Assembly: GCA_023213395.1 (NCBI GenBank)
Contig: CM041465.1
Span: forward strand, 223,269,741-223,333,740
Reading direction: 5' to 3'
Origin: Cycas panzhihuaensis
Lineage: Eukaryota > Plantae > Cycadophyta
DNA: 64,000 nt
A model generated the notes under the pieces. That model was not told the DNA's origin, made no database searches, and saw only the letters and a program-made list of their open reading frames with translations. The translations under genes and the position numbers were made by a program. Each line of letters opens with the position of its first letter. The stretch's first letter is position 1. Positions 12,056 to 24,880 of the stretch are shown here, in pieces.

Positions 12056-14140
12056 TGTTAAAACATAATGTTTAATATGGGTTCATTGTACACATGTACT
12101 TTCTACCATTCACCTACTTTGAGATATGTGAGATGCACACATATTGATGCTATCCCATTATTGGATGATGTAAAAGCTCATTGTATGTGATAGGCTACTC
12201 ATGAGGTGATTATTACTATATATTTGTACGCTCACCACTTGAGAACTTGAGCAAGCAGAGAGGAGAAAGATGTAATCATTATGATTATAAGCAGAGTCCT
12301 AACTCCACCTTCTCCCGTGTTTTTTTCCATACTAGGTTTTCCACATATAAATCTTGGTATCTTGTGGTGATGATTATATTTGATGATATTTACTTTATAT
12401 GTTTGATGTTTTATACTTATGAGCTCACATCCTGTTATCTCTATTTTTAACATGGTATCAGAGCAGTATTGCATCTAAGTTGCTATGGTGAGGTGAAGAT
12501 CCTGCTAATCCTACTTCAAGCCTATCGAGCCTATGACAAGAGCCATTGATGAAGAAGTTTTTGATGAGCCAGCTATATATGCATATGCCAGTGATTAGTG
12601 CGACAGATTACAGGATAGAAGAAGCCAGTCAAGTCGCATACATGACAAATACAACTAATATTGATGGCATGTTAATTTGGTATTTTATGTAGATATTCAT
12701 TTATGCATGTTATATGCACATATTCTAGAAGCATGCAGGTAGTCACAACTATCCACAGATATTATACTAAGTCCATAAGTGAAGGCTTTTACGAGTGTCC
12801 CTTGACAGATTCGCTATCAATTGTGGATCGTTCTAGAGGCTTTTGTGAGCATCTCATAACGAGATTCACTATCAGAATGAGAATGAAGGCAACCCATCAG
12901 TACACTATAAAACAGGAAGCAGGCTTGTATAACACCCTGTTGATAGATAGTTTGTGACAGCATAAAATATATGAGGTATTGTGGCAAATTACATGTTTAT
13001 AGGAATAATTTTCTATAGATATATGCATATATGTTAGTTAGATGTTAATTATAATTGACTTGTTACAATTAACTTACCATAGCCAAGTAGTTCGATATGG
13101 TCTTAAAGTTGATTGTTCAAGATGATCTAACTGTTGACTTAATCTAGCTAGTGAAATTTTGACATAGTCCTACAAGTAATTTGGAAAAAAGATTAATCGT
13201 GTATTTGAAGCAATTTCTTAGTAAACTAGCGATTACAATGGTTGGTCACCCATGTATTTTGGTAGATGGATTTTGTTTTATATGGACTCAGATATCACTT
13301 TGCTTGATTTGATGGACAACTTAATGTAGATTGAAAATAACCACCACACGGGTAAATGTATGAAGATGTGCATATATAAGTTTTTGGAGATAGCATATAG
13401 TTACAGGTCTTTTACGGGTTACAGATGATTTTGGTGATTAATGTAGAAGCTCTTGTCGATCCATTTGGTATGACGAATTCACCTATAATATACAGGAAAC
13501 AAGTTACAAGATACATGAAACATATTACAGGATACATAATATAGGAAATATGTTACATGATACAGAATACAGGAAATAGGTTACATGATACATGATACAG
13601 GAAACAGGTTACAAGATACAAAGTTCTGTGTGATCGCATACATGATACAAGTGATGATTCTGAGTTATAGGTGCCAGCATATAAGATGAAGACATGAAGA
13701 CCCAAGATCAAGATTCAAGGATATTAAACATTATAAGGGGGTGTTGAAACATAAGGTTTAATGTGGGTTCATTGTACACATGTACTTCCTACCATTCACT
13801 TAGTTTAAGATATATGAGATATACACATATCGATGCTATCCCACTATTGGATGATGTAAATGTTCATTGCATGTGATAGGATACTCATGAGGTGATTATC
13901 ACTATATATTTGTACTCTCACCACTTGAGAACTTGAGCAAGGAGAGAGAGGATAAAGATATAATCATTATGATCATAAGCGAAGTTCTAACTCCACCTTC
14001 TCCCATGGTTTTTCTTATACTAGATTTTTTATGTATAAATCTTGGTGTCTTGTGGTGATGATTATGTTTTATGATGTTTACTTTACATGTTTGATGTTTT
14101 ATACTCATGAATTCACATCCTGTTATCTCTATTTTTAACA
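12056..14140 (+). mobile_element. Non-autonomous TRIM-like LTR element, 2085 bp
   Basis: LTRs 12056-12452 and 13742-14140 (TG..CA), perfect PBS TGGTATCAGAGC at 12453-12464, PPT AAGGGGG at 13735-13741, perfect TSD CAAAA, no coding domains. Confidence 0.95.
13491..13620. repeat. ~28-bp degenerate tandem array (TACAGGAAACAGGTTACAAGATACATGA-like) upstream of the PPT
   Basis: Four to five visible units. Confidence 0.75.
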
Positions 14141-14145
14141 CAAAA

Positions 14146-15081
14146 TTTATTTAACATTTTGCCTTTAATTTAAAAGTATTATGATGCTTTTCTTGATGAT
14201 TTACCTAATGACTTACTTAACCATAGGGAAGCAAACCATTAAATATTTATTGGAAGAGGGTTTCAGGTATACATGCAAAGTACCATATCAATTAAATCAT
14301 GAAGAAAAATAAGTGGAAAGGGAAATCAAAGAATTATTAAACAAGATATTTATTAGATCTTCAAAATCTAGTTTGGAGCACTAGTTCTACTTGTCAAGAA
14401 GAAGGACAATACAATGTGGATGTGTACTAATTATAAGGCTTTGAATAAAATTATTATAAAAGACATGTACCTTCTTCCCAATATTAATAATTTTCTAGAT
14501 ACTTTGAAAAGTAATATACTATTTTTAAAATTTAACTTAAGAAGAGAATATTATTATATCAAAAATTCATGAGAGTAATATAAAAAAGGTAACTTTTACT
14601 ACTAGAGATGGATATTATGAATACTTAGTTATGTCATTTGGTTTCACAAATGCTCATCCTTTATTTATGAAATTGATAAATAATATATTTTAAATTTATT
14701 TGAAAAAAATTGTGATTATTTTTTTAATGGCATTTTGGATTTTAACAAAATCAAAGATAAATATGTTAAACATGTAGAGATTTTCTTAAATATTTTAGAT
14801 AAAGATAAATCATATGCAAAATTATCTAAATGTGAACTCTTCAAAGAAGAAACTAGATAACTATGATATATAGTTTCACCCATGAATATTGCAGTGGATC
14901 TTAAAAAGATCCAAGTTATTAAGGATTGGAAAACATTATAACACATAGTATAAAGTTTCTTAGAGTTAGTTAACTTTTACAGAAATTTATACAAAACTTC
15001 TCCGAAGTAGCCACTACATTAACTAAATTATTAAGGAAGATTAAAATAAAAATTTTGACACTAAAATGCTAAGGACGTTTC
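14146..15081 (+). pseudogene. Chromovirus RT (continuation after the TRIM insertion)
   Basis: LVLLVKKKDNTMWMCTNYKALNKI, GYYEYLVMSFGFTNA, FLELVNFYR motifs. The frame rejoins across the Copia TSD as KC*GRFQTLKDKLI. Confidence 0.9.
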
Positions 15082-18000
15082 TGTTAATGTGGTAGTTAAT
15101 TATTAAGCCATTTAGTTAATGTTAATGTGGTTTAATTAAGTGAAAATGTGTGACTTATTCAGAGGGTTATAACACTAATTTGATGACACCTATTGAGAGA
15201 GTATAAATGCCTTGAGGCCTTGTGTATTCAATATCCAAGATCATTGTATCAATTCATTGTGAAATAATCAAGTGATCCATCAAGGATCCTTTTGTGGTGG
15301 ATTTTTTTCCAAAATGGTTTTATCATATAAATTCTTATATAATGTGCATTTGTTTTCTGTGTGTTTATTTGTTTGCTTTCTGTGTATGGTAAAAGATTCT
15401 ACAGTTAGGAACATTCGTGTATGATTTCATATTCCTAAATATGGTATTAGACCTGTAGGGTCCTACACAGTTGAAGCCTAACATTGAGTGGAGCGGTGTG
15501 ATTGTTGGTTGTTGGGTAACATCGTCTAACCCAAGACGAGTCTTGAGGGTCTGTCAACCCCAACAACGTGCAGAAACATGCACAATGTATCAGTGATGGT
15601 TGAAGTAGTGAAGATCACTATTCGATAAGAACATAAGGGTTTATTGGAGTCAATATTTAGGCATGAAGTCCATATTTGTGGTTGGAGTTAGCTCGTTGAG
15701 GATCATTCAAAGTTGGTTGAAGATCTACTGCAAAGATTTAAGCCAGCAGAGCACGTACTAATGGTGATTTGACGACTTTAAGGACATCCATCTGTATACA
15801 TAAATTTAAGGCTGGTTGAGCATCTTGTGTGGTGGTTGGACATTTTTTTTCCTTGACTGGGTGTCTTTCTCTTGGGTTGGGCATCATTTTTCATGGATGA
15901 GCATAGATAATAAGGTGGCTGGGTGCTTTTGAGTGACTGCTGAACCAAGGATAGGTTGTTTACTAGCCATACGGGTGTATGTAGACCTATTTTGTATGTG
16001 GCTGGTCTGCTTTAAGCTCACTGGTTGTGTGGAGAAGTCACAGTAGCCACGCGCCCTTATCACGTTGTTTACGACTTTTAAGAGATATTGTTTGATGATA
16101 TTTACTAAGGTTTAACACTTAGTAGATATTCTAAATTTTGTATCTTTCATTTTTAGCACGTGGGTTAAGTTCCAAAGGCACGAGACTTTATAAAAAGTCG
16201 CAACTCTTAGAATATACCTTTTGCTATATTCTCCCTAATTTAACTTTATAAAAAGTGACCCTTACCATTGATATAACTCATATAATATTATATAGTGAAG
16301 TTATTTGATGTCCTTCTAGACCCCTCGTGAGGCTATTTAGAGTGTTTTAGTTCATTTTAAGCACAGATTGAGGAGATTTTTTGTGTTTTAGACTTGGAGA
16401 CCATGCACTATAGTTGTGTGGAGCCATCCTTTATTCTTGGAACATCATTTTGAGTGCTTTAAGGGCCATTTTGACACATTTTAAGGATATTTAAAGGTTG
16501 TTTGTTGATGGTTAAGGACATATAAACAGTCGGTGGCTTATTTAACGTGGGTATAGTCAGTGTTTGGTGCCCTTGGAAGCATGCTCATGAGGTAGAGGAG
16601 GACACAATGGTGCTATTTTATCTTGCAGATGTTCGTTTTGGTATCAATTATTTTGTATTAAAGCCCGTTTCTTGAAGATGGAGCACATTATGCCCAAAGT
16701 TATCTTTAATGGTAATAATTTTAGTGAGTGGAAGGCCAATATGGAACTTATTCTGATGGTGAATCAACTCTAGGGAATCACCAAGGTGAAAGTGGACACG
16801 ATTCCATTAGACCATAAGGAGTGAATTCTTCTTGAAGAGAAGCAATTTATGGCTGTGGGACTGTTGAAACTATCACTAGTGCTGGACCAGAGAACGTTGG
16901 TTCACAATCTAGATGAACTGGTTGAGATATGGAAAAAACTATGATACGTTGGAAAAGAAGTAGATGAATAGATATCTAGCACTGATGCTCAAATTACTCA
17001 ACTCACGTGTGGAGGATGAGAACAACATCAGCTCCTACCTTAACAAGATTACATACTTGAAGAATAAGCTAGAGGAACTAAAGCCGAACTCGATCGATGA
17101 TGCATTGCTATTCACAAAAATCATGTCAAAATTGTCAGTTGTCTTTGCCATATTCCAGACCATTTATGATAGAGATGAAGTGATAGAAGTAGAGACGTTT
17201 AATGGGCTTAAAAACCTGATTTTAGTGGTGGATGCCAAGCTCAAATATCATGATAAGCTTGGAGGTTCTAATTCAAGTCAGGCCCTAGCCATGAAGATTT
17301 AGAGGAAGGAGGTCGTTAAGGAGGAGAAGATCACATAGAGGTCAGGAGAAAGTTCTCAAGATAAAAAGAAGTTTAACAGGAAATGTAATTACTATAAGAA
17401 GGATGGTCACCGCGAGAAGAACTATTGGTTTAAGCATCGTGACAAGTGCAAAGTCAACCGAGATGATAAAGGGAAGAACATTGTTGCTCACTGTGTCCGA
17501 GTAAAAGCTTTATCAGCTAAATCAGATCGAAGAGATTATTGGGTTCTTGACTCTGGAGTGCAGAAGCACATTTCTTAATAGAGGCAGAACTTTGATACGA
17601 TGACTTCAAATCATAGTGGTATTGAGATTGTTTTTGGAGATGCTGGCATCTTGCCGGTAGAAGGTATCGATGAAGTTTCCATTGCAAGATGTAGATTTAT
17701 CGGGGTGTATTATATACCAAAGATGTAGTTGAACCTTCTTTAAGCCTGGGAGATCTGCAAACAAGGTATGAAGGTGGAGCTCTATGATGAAAAATGCCTG
17801 ATTAAGGATCTAAAATAGAACTTTACTGTCATAAATACTGGGAAAGTTAGGGACAACTTCTGGGTGTTTAAAAAGTTTCAATCTTATAAGAAGTCCTATG
17901 CCTTTGTTGCAAGCGTGGATGATGTGAGTAAGTTGTGGTACAACTTCCTAGGGTGCATTAATTACAAAAGTATTGCACCATTGAAGAGGTTGAAAATAGT

Positions 18001-20845
18001 GGAAGGATTGTCGTTAGTTACCTGCTCAGATGGTGTGTGTGAAGGGTGTAAATATGGCAAGCATCACCGCTACCCTTTTGCTTAGGATAATGCCTAGAGA
18101 GCCAAGGAGAAGCTAGAGCTTATACATTCATACATTATGAGTCCTCTTCCTAACCTTTTGATATCTGGAGCTTATTATACCCTTTTTTTTTGTAGATGAC
18201 TACACCAGGAAGGCCTGGGTTTATTTTCTCAAGAATAAGTCAGACGTGTTTGATCACTTTGTGACTAGAAAGCAATGGTTGAAAATGAATGTGATATAAA
18301 AATGAAGTCTTTAAGAAGTGATAATGGCAAGGAATATGACAACAATGCGTTCAATTAGTTTTACCATGATCATGGTATAAAACGAAAATTTACAGTTCCG
18401 TACACCCCACAATAGAATGGAGTTACTGAAAGAAAGAACCATACCGTGATGGAGATGGCGAGGTATATGGTGCATGCTATAAACTTGCCACCAAAGTTTT
18501 GTACAAAAGCTATGACAACTGTTATTTATATTTTAAACTAGGTACCCACTCAAGTAGCTCGCAACATGACCCCCGAAGACAAAATGGACTGGTCGAAAGC
18601 TTGTCATTAGCCATTTAAGAATGTTTCGGTGTATCGCATATACCCACATCCCAGATGATACCCAAAAGAAGCTGGATCAGAAAACTCTAAAGTGTATATT
18701 CATGGGGTATTGCATTGAAAATAAAGCCTACAAACTATGGGATCTATAGGGGGAGAAGATTATGGTTAGTCGAGATGTCAAATTTGATGAGACATCAACG
18801 TATCATGTTGACATATCATCAGAGGAGCCATTTTACCTCCCCCTTCTCCCATTCCCAGATTCATCAAGCGAAGAGGACAATGAGCCAGTCGTTGGAACAC
18901 CTGAGGAGGCAGGATCAAGTGGGACGAGCAATAGCGAGTAGCTGCCGCGAGTTGAAGTACCTCCAGCAATGGGTCCTTCAATACCTTTATGGGCAAGGAA
19001 GACTATAGAAGATTTCGGTGTAGCAATGCAAACCTTAACTGATGATCGAAGAACACAAAGCCAACATGCCAGTTGAACTTTACCGGTAGACACCAATGAT
19101 TCCAGTGATCCTGATTCGTTTAATGCAGCAAAAGGAGATCCAAGATGGCGAGCTGCAATAGAGGAGGAGTATAGTTCTTTACTGAAAAGTGACACGTGGG
19201 ATTTACTTCCACTACCTTCGACAAAGAATCTTGTGGGATGCAAGTGGGTTTACAAGACAAAGTTCCGCTCCGATAGAGAGGTGGACAAGTATAAGGCTAG
19301 ACTTGTTGTGTAAGGATTTAAGCAGAAAGAAGGAATTGACTATGAGGAGACATTTGCATCAGTCTCCAGAATGACAATGGTCCATTTGTTAATTTCCTTA
19401 GCAGCAGCTTATGGTTGGGAGTTACATCAAATGGATGTAAAGTCTACATTCCTTAATGGAGACCTAAAAGAGGAGATATATATGTCATAGCCTTTGGGAT
19501 TCGTTAAGGATGGTTAGGAGCATCTTGTGTGTCATTTGAAGAAGTCAATCTATGGCTTGAAACAAGCACCTCGTGTTTGGTATGAAAAGATGGATGCGAA
19601 GTTGAAAGTTGAAGGTTTCAAGATTTCTGAACTCGACTCGAATCTGTATGTGAACAGAAGAGGGACTTCAATAGTAGCTTGCGTAGTATATGTGAATGAT
19701 TTGGTCATCGGTAATAACTGTGGCAAGGCTATTGCTAAAGTCAAATCCAATCTGGGAGCTTCATTTGACATGACAGACCTTGGGAGACTTCGCTACTTCT
19801 TGGGCATTTAGGTCAGGCAAATGGATGACAAGATCATGTTGTTGCAGTCGCAGTATGTGAAGAACTTGCTGGAGAAATTTAGAATACAAAATTACAAACC
19901 AGTTGCAACACCATGTGTAAAAGGCACTAAGTTACAAAAGGATATAGCCAAGCCTTCTGTAGATGGCACAAAGTATCACCAGTTAGTAAGGAGTCTGATC
20001 TATTTGACTCATATTAGGCCTGATATCGCATAAGCTGTTGGGTTGGTTTCTCACTATATGCAGAATCCTCAGGAATCTCATTTAGTTGCAGTGAAGTGGA
20101 TTTTAAAGTATTTGAAGGGAACTGTCAATCTTAGTCTCGAATACCATCGAGGTGAAAAGATACAATTGCATGGCTACATGAATGCTGATTGGGGAGGAGA
20201 TTCTGATGATAAAAAATCCACTGCTGGATACTTGTTTAGTATTGGCATTGGATTTGTTTTGTGGTAGCCGAAGAAGTAGTAGACAATGGTGCTCTTTTCT
20301 ACAGAGGTAGAATATCAAGAACTCAGTGCAGGTGCAAAGGAAGCCATATGGTTGTAAGGTCTCTTGGAGTTTCTTGGAGTTTCAAATGGACACTCAATTA
20401 TCTTTGTTAATAATCAAAGTACCATTCACTTATCAAAGAATCCAGAGTTTCATGCATGTACGAAGCACATTGAGATTTAACACCATTACATTCATAAACA
20501 TATCAAATTATAGAAGCTATAGGTCGACTGCTGTTTGAGTGAATTCTAGCTTGTAGACGTGTTTACCAAACCTCTCACTGAAGATCAATCCACAAAGATG
20601 CATACTGGACTTAGACTCACCAATGTTATCTTTAAGGGGGGATATTAATGTGGAAGTTAAGTATTAAGCCACTTAGTTAATATTAATGTGGTTTAATTAA
20701 GTGAAAAGGTGCGAAGCCAAAAGGTATGACTTATTTAGAGGGTCACAACCCTAATTGGATGACATCTCTTGGGAGAGTATAAATGTCTCGAGGCCTTGTG
20801 TATTCAATATCTAAGATCATTGTATCAATTTATTGTTCCCAAATA
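15082..20845 (+). mobile_element. Full-length Ty1/Copia element, inactivated
   Basis: 5' LTR 15082-15441, PBS TGGTATTAGACC, PPT AAGGGGGGA at 20634-20642, 3' LTR 20643-20845 with an internal deletion, TSD GTTTC on both sides. Confidence 0.93.
16678..20620 (+). pseudogene. Copia gag-pol (gag, Zn knuckle, PR, INT, RT, RH) with many stops and frameshifts
   Basis: MEHIMPKVIFNGNNFSEWK; CNYYKKDGH; WVLDSG; CEGCKYGKHHR; LRSDNGKEY; QMDVKSTFLNG; LKKSIYGLKQAPRVWY; YVND; NADWGGD. Confidence 0.95.
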
Positions 20846-20850
20846 GTTTC

Positions 20851-21364
20851 CAAACCTTAAAGGATAAGCTAATAAAATCCTTAAGTTTAACTTTTTTAGA
20901 CCTAATAGAATCCTTTAATATACATAGAGATGTAAGTGGATTTGCTTTTGAGTCAGTTATAATATATGAGGGTAAAATAATTACATATGAAAGCTAGAGG
21001 ATGAACCTTATAAAACAAAGATACCTAATCTTTAATCAAGAATTTTTGGCAGTAGTACATACTATAAAAATTATGGAATCATTACCATAAGGGCAATGAT
21101 TTTGATGTAATTACGAACCATTAGACTCTTTTAAAGTTTCCACCTAATTGAATCTTTAAAACGGTCATGTTATTTAGATGGGTCATGTTGTTTCAAAAGT
21201 ATTTACCAACAAAGGTATATCAATCTATAAATGAAGATGTGGTTTTTGTTATCATGTAAAAAATTTCTCAAGTTTCTAATATCCTTATTATAATGAACAA
21301 TTTAAAAGAGATTATCTTAGAAGCATAAGGCAATGACTGATGGTGTAAGAAGGTTAAAGAATCC
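20851..21364 (+). pseudogene. Chromovirus RNase H (continuation after the Copia insertion)
   Basis: DVSGFAFESVI, YESxRM, QRYLIFNQEFLAVV, ITNH*TL, RWVMLFQKY. Confidence 0.8.
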
Positions 21365-24300
21365 TATTAGAATTGACTAAAATGGAAATACAATCAATTG
21401 ACAAGTACATTAATAGACAAGTAAATCAATTAACAATAAGTAATAATGAGATTAATTTATAGTGGAAAATCCCAATGTAGGGAAAAACCACTATTTAAAA
21501 CATTGGTTGAATATTATTATTTAATATCATATGTTTATATCTCCTTTAATTCTCCATGTTATATACCTTAATGTTTGATAACTTTATATAATAAATGCCA
21601 TCACATAAGTATCAAATAAGATATATCCTTAATATTGACCAATGAACATAAAGTGATATTAAATTACCACTTTAGAATATCTTCTAATATTCCCCTTTAA
21701 CATTGACTTTATGGAGAATTAAAAGAAAAATGAGATGATAACACCATGAAGTGCCCCCCTTAATGTTAACTTCGAATATCCTAGTAAGATCTCATAATGT
21801 GATAAACTTAGCTTTTGTAAGAGATTTGGTGAAGATGTTCGTAACTTATCGTTTTGAAGGACAAAATACCATTTGAATAAGATTGCCACCGACAAAGGCC
21901 GGGCACTGGGATGTACCATTAGGTATCTACCCTATGGTGTTGAAATCCTAGGTTTGACCCCCATGAGAGGTTATAAGAGAGAACTGGATGAAAGGGTGAT
22001 AATCCACGACAAACATGGATTTGATTCCATCTGTTTGATACATATTGTCAAAAAAAAAAAATGCTTGCCACCAAAAAAATCTCTAATGTAATAGAGATGG
22101 AATTTAATGTGTTTGGTTTTGGAATGATAAATTAGATTTGTAACAATCAAAATTTCACCTTGATTACCAACATTCATTTGAATAGAAGTCTTAGAATGAA
22201 AACTAATTTCTTGAATCAAAGACTTAATCCATAAAGCTTCTATACTTACTTCAACTAAATTACTTCGGTAGTAGAAAGAGCATGGGGTTGAAGCTTCTTA
22301 CTAAACCATGTGATATAAGTAGAACCAAATAAAAGAACATAACCTATGGTAGATCTTTGATCATCCACATCACTAGTCTAATTTGAATTTGAATAGCTAT
22401 TTAACTGAAGTTCATTGTTATTGCATTCATAATGAAGACTAGAGGGAATAGTTCCTTGAAGATACTTGAGAATTCTCTTAGAAGTTTTCCAATATTATTC
22501 ATATGAATTCTGCATAAAGCAATAACATAATCCAATTGTGTATGAAATATTAAGATGAGTCTATGCCAAATATAGTAAGTTTCCAACCAACTGACAATAT
22601 GATATAATATCAACTCAAGGAGAATCACATTTATCACCAAGTTTTACAACTAATTGAAGGGGAGCTAGAGAAGATTTGTAAGTGTCTATTTTAAATTTAT
22701 TAAAGAGATGGCGTATTGAGGTTGAGAAACAAAAATACTAGAATTTGATTGAAATTTTTGAAGTCCCTAAAAGTAATGAAGTAGACCTAAATTTGTTATC
22801 TCAAATGTAAATATGAAGTCATCCTTAAGTGCATCAAAAGAAAATAAAGCAAAACCAATGATAATAATGTCATCCGTATAAAAAACTAAAAGAATAATAT
22901 AATTATTATATCTTTTGTAGTAAAATTTGGATCACTTTCATATCTTTTAAAACCATAATTAATAAAATGCTTATTAATCTTATTTTACTAGACCTTAGGT
23001 TCTTGTTTCAAACTCTATACAGATTTTTTAAGTTTATAAACAAAGTTTGGATCTTTTACAAAGCTTGGAGGTAGAGTCATAAATTTCTTAATTTAGGTCC
23101 CTATTTAAAAAGCACTTTTGACATCCATTTGGTTCATTTTTCAGCCAAATTTAGTTGCTAAATAAATAATGATTTTAATTGTGTTCATCTTAGTAGTTAG
23201 AGGAAAAGTTTCATTATAATCAATGTTATCAACTTGTGAAAACTCTTGAGCTATAGACATAGTTTTTTCTCAAAAGGGATTACCTTTAATTTATGTAAAT
23301 CTGTGAGGATTATCATATTATATTATTTTAACCATTAGTGCATTATTTGTTTAAAGTTTCTAAAAGTGAGTCTTACAAGTATTTAAAGCATTACCTATAT
23401 TTGAACTAATTGAAGCAAGAGTATTTTTAAACCTACTTAGGAGGTGGTTTTATAATTGAACACAAATAACCTCCATGAGACTAAGAATTGAATGAAATAG
23501 GGCTCATAGCATTTAGAATAGAAATAGTTGAACCAAGTGTATTACTATTAGTTGAATGATTAACAATATCAGCATTATGAAGTAACGAAGCATAGATATA
23601 ATCACTAGAAGGAGATGGAGTAGAACCATCTTTATTAAACTTAAAATTATATATAACAGAAAGAGTATGAATGATAGGATCGAAGAGTCTGAGTGCATTA
23701 CTTTTTTTGCTATAACTAACAAAGATAAATCTAGAACTATTTAGAACCAATTTTTATCTTTTTTGAATATGGAATGCGAGACCATGCAATGCAACTAAAA
23801 GTTTTGAAATATATTATTAAAGGCTTTATACCTCACCATTTTTCTTCTAGAGTGACATTTTGAATAGTTTAATTGGGTAATATATTCAAAATATAGTTTG
23901 CATAAGTTATAGCTTCTCCCCATAGTTTTAAGTATAAACCTTTAGAATGAAGCATGCAACATGCCATTGTGCCATGCAACGTGCCATCTTTTTGCTATGC
24001 CATTTTGTTAAAGGTTGTATGGGATTGAGTGCTAAAACCTAATATCATTCTTTATACCAAAATCAATAAACTGATTGCTAATATATTCCTTTGCATTATT
24101 AGTGTCACATGTTTGAATTTTATGGCCTGAATAATTCTTGACAAAAGTTTTAAATTCCAAAAAATTATCAAAGCTTCCCTTCCTTTTTTAAGTATGTAAA
24201 GTTAATGCTTTCAAGATAAATTATTAATGAAAGTCAACACATATTTTTTTGTTGAATATGAAACTACTCGAAAAGCTCTACAAACATTTGAATATACTGA

Positions 24301-24720
24301 ATGCTTGAGATTAATCCTTAATTTCACTAGCTTGAAGAAGCATGATTTGATACTTAATTAACTAGTTTATTAGTGCATTAGAGGCAATTGGAAAATGTTT
24401 ACGTTATTATCTAACAACAATGAATTGATTATAAGCTTTGGATAATTTATTAATGGCTAGGAAAAAAGGTTTATTGTCATATTTCCTATAACTTTTATCA
24501 TAAGCAAATAATTATACATTGATGAATTGCAAATGAGGGAAAAATGCTTTAACCATTATAAAGTTATCAAACTTCAAGTCATATAACTATTGCTAAAATA
24601 ACAACTTTTGTAACATCTACTTTGTTATATTTAGTTTTCAACTTAGTCTGAACATCGGTAATAATATCTGTGCTAATGAATTGTCTTCTAATATGAGGAT
24701 GAGGGTAGCACAACATTATA
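21365..24720 (-). mobile_element. 5'-truncated, highly decayed Ty1/Copia element (3' LTR 21365-21689, RH, RT, INT)
   Basis: LTR with inverted ends TATTAGAA..TTCTAATA, PPT at 21691-21700, YHSKTKHIKFHLYYIRD, QMDVKSAF, INT remnants at ~23700-24300. No 5' LTR or gag found. Confidence 0.85.
21891..22061 (+). mobile_element. tRNA-derived SINE (~170 bp) inserted in the Copia RNase H
   Basis: B-box-like GGTTTGACCCC at 21951-21961, 12-nt poly(A) at 22050-22061, TSD core TTGCCACC on both sides (~15 bp with mismatches). It interrupts the RH reading frame. Confidence 0.8.
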
Positions 24721-24880
24721 CCTTAAGAACCATCACAATTCATGAGGTATCTTTGCTTGAGTGCAGAATTTATTGGTCTTGTGAATTTACCTATAATATA
24801 TTTTCAAAGTTTTTGTTACTTTAAATGATCTAAAATTTTCACTTTCTAATAAGATTGGTTAGACCCAACAAAAGTAGGTA

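Noticed and set aside
13491-13620. CRISPR-like array
   Set aside because: Contiguous degenerate units without unique spacers, no cas genes, eukaryotic TE context.
12232-14141. Duplicated ORFs 12232..12474 and 13902..14141 as paralogous genes
   Set aside because: They are antisense translations of the two LTR copies.
6270-21364. Circularly permuted element from integration of a 1-LTR circle (INT-LTR-gag-RT-RH)
   Set aside because: The RNase H C-terminus is present at both ends (~6320 and ~21170) as diverged copies, and a second LTR plus gag follows. A tandem fits better.
21891-21970. tRNA gene
   Set aside because: No convincing cloverleaf. The poly(A) tail and TSD indicate a SINE.
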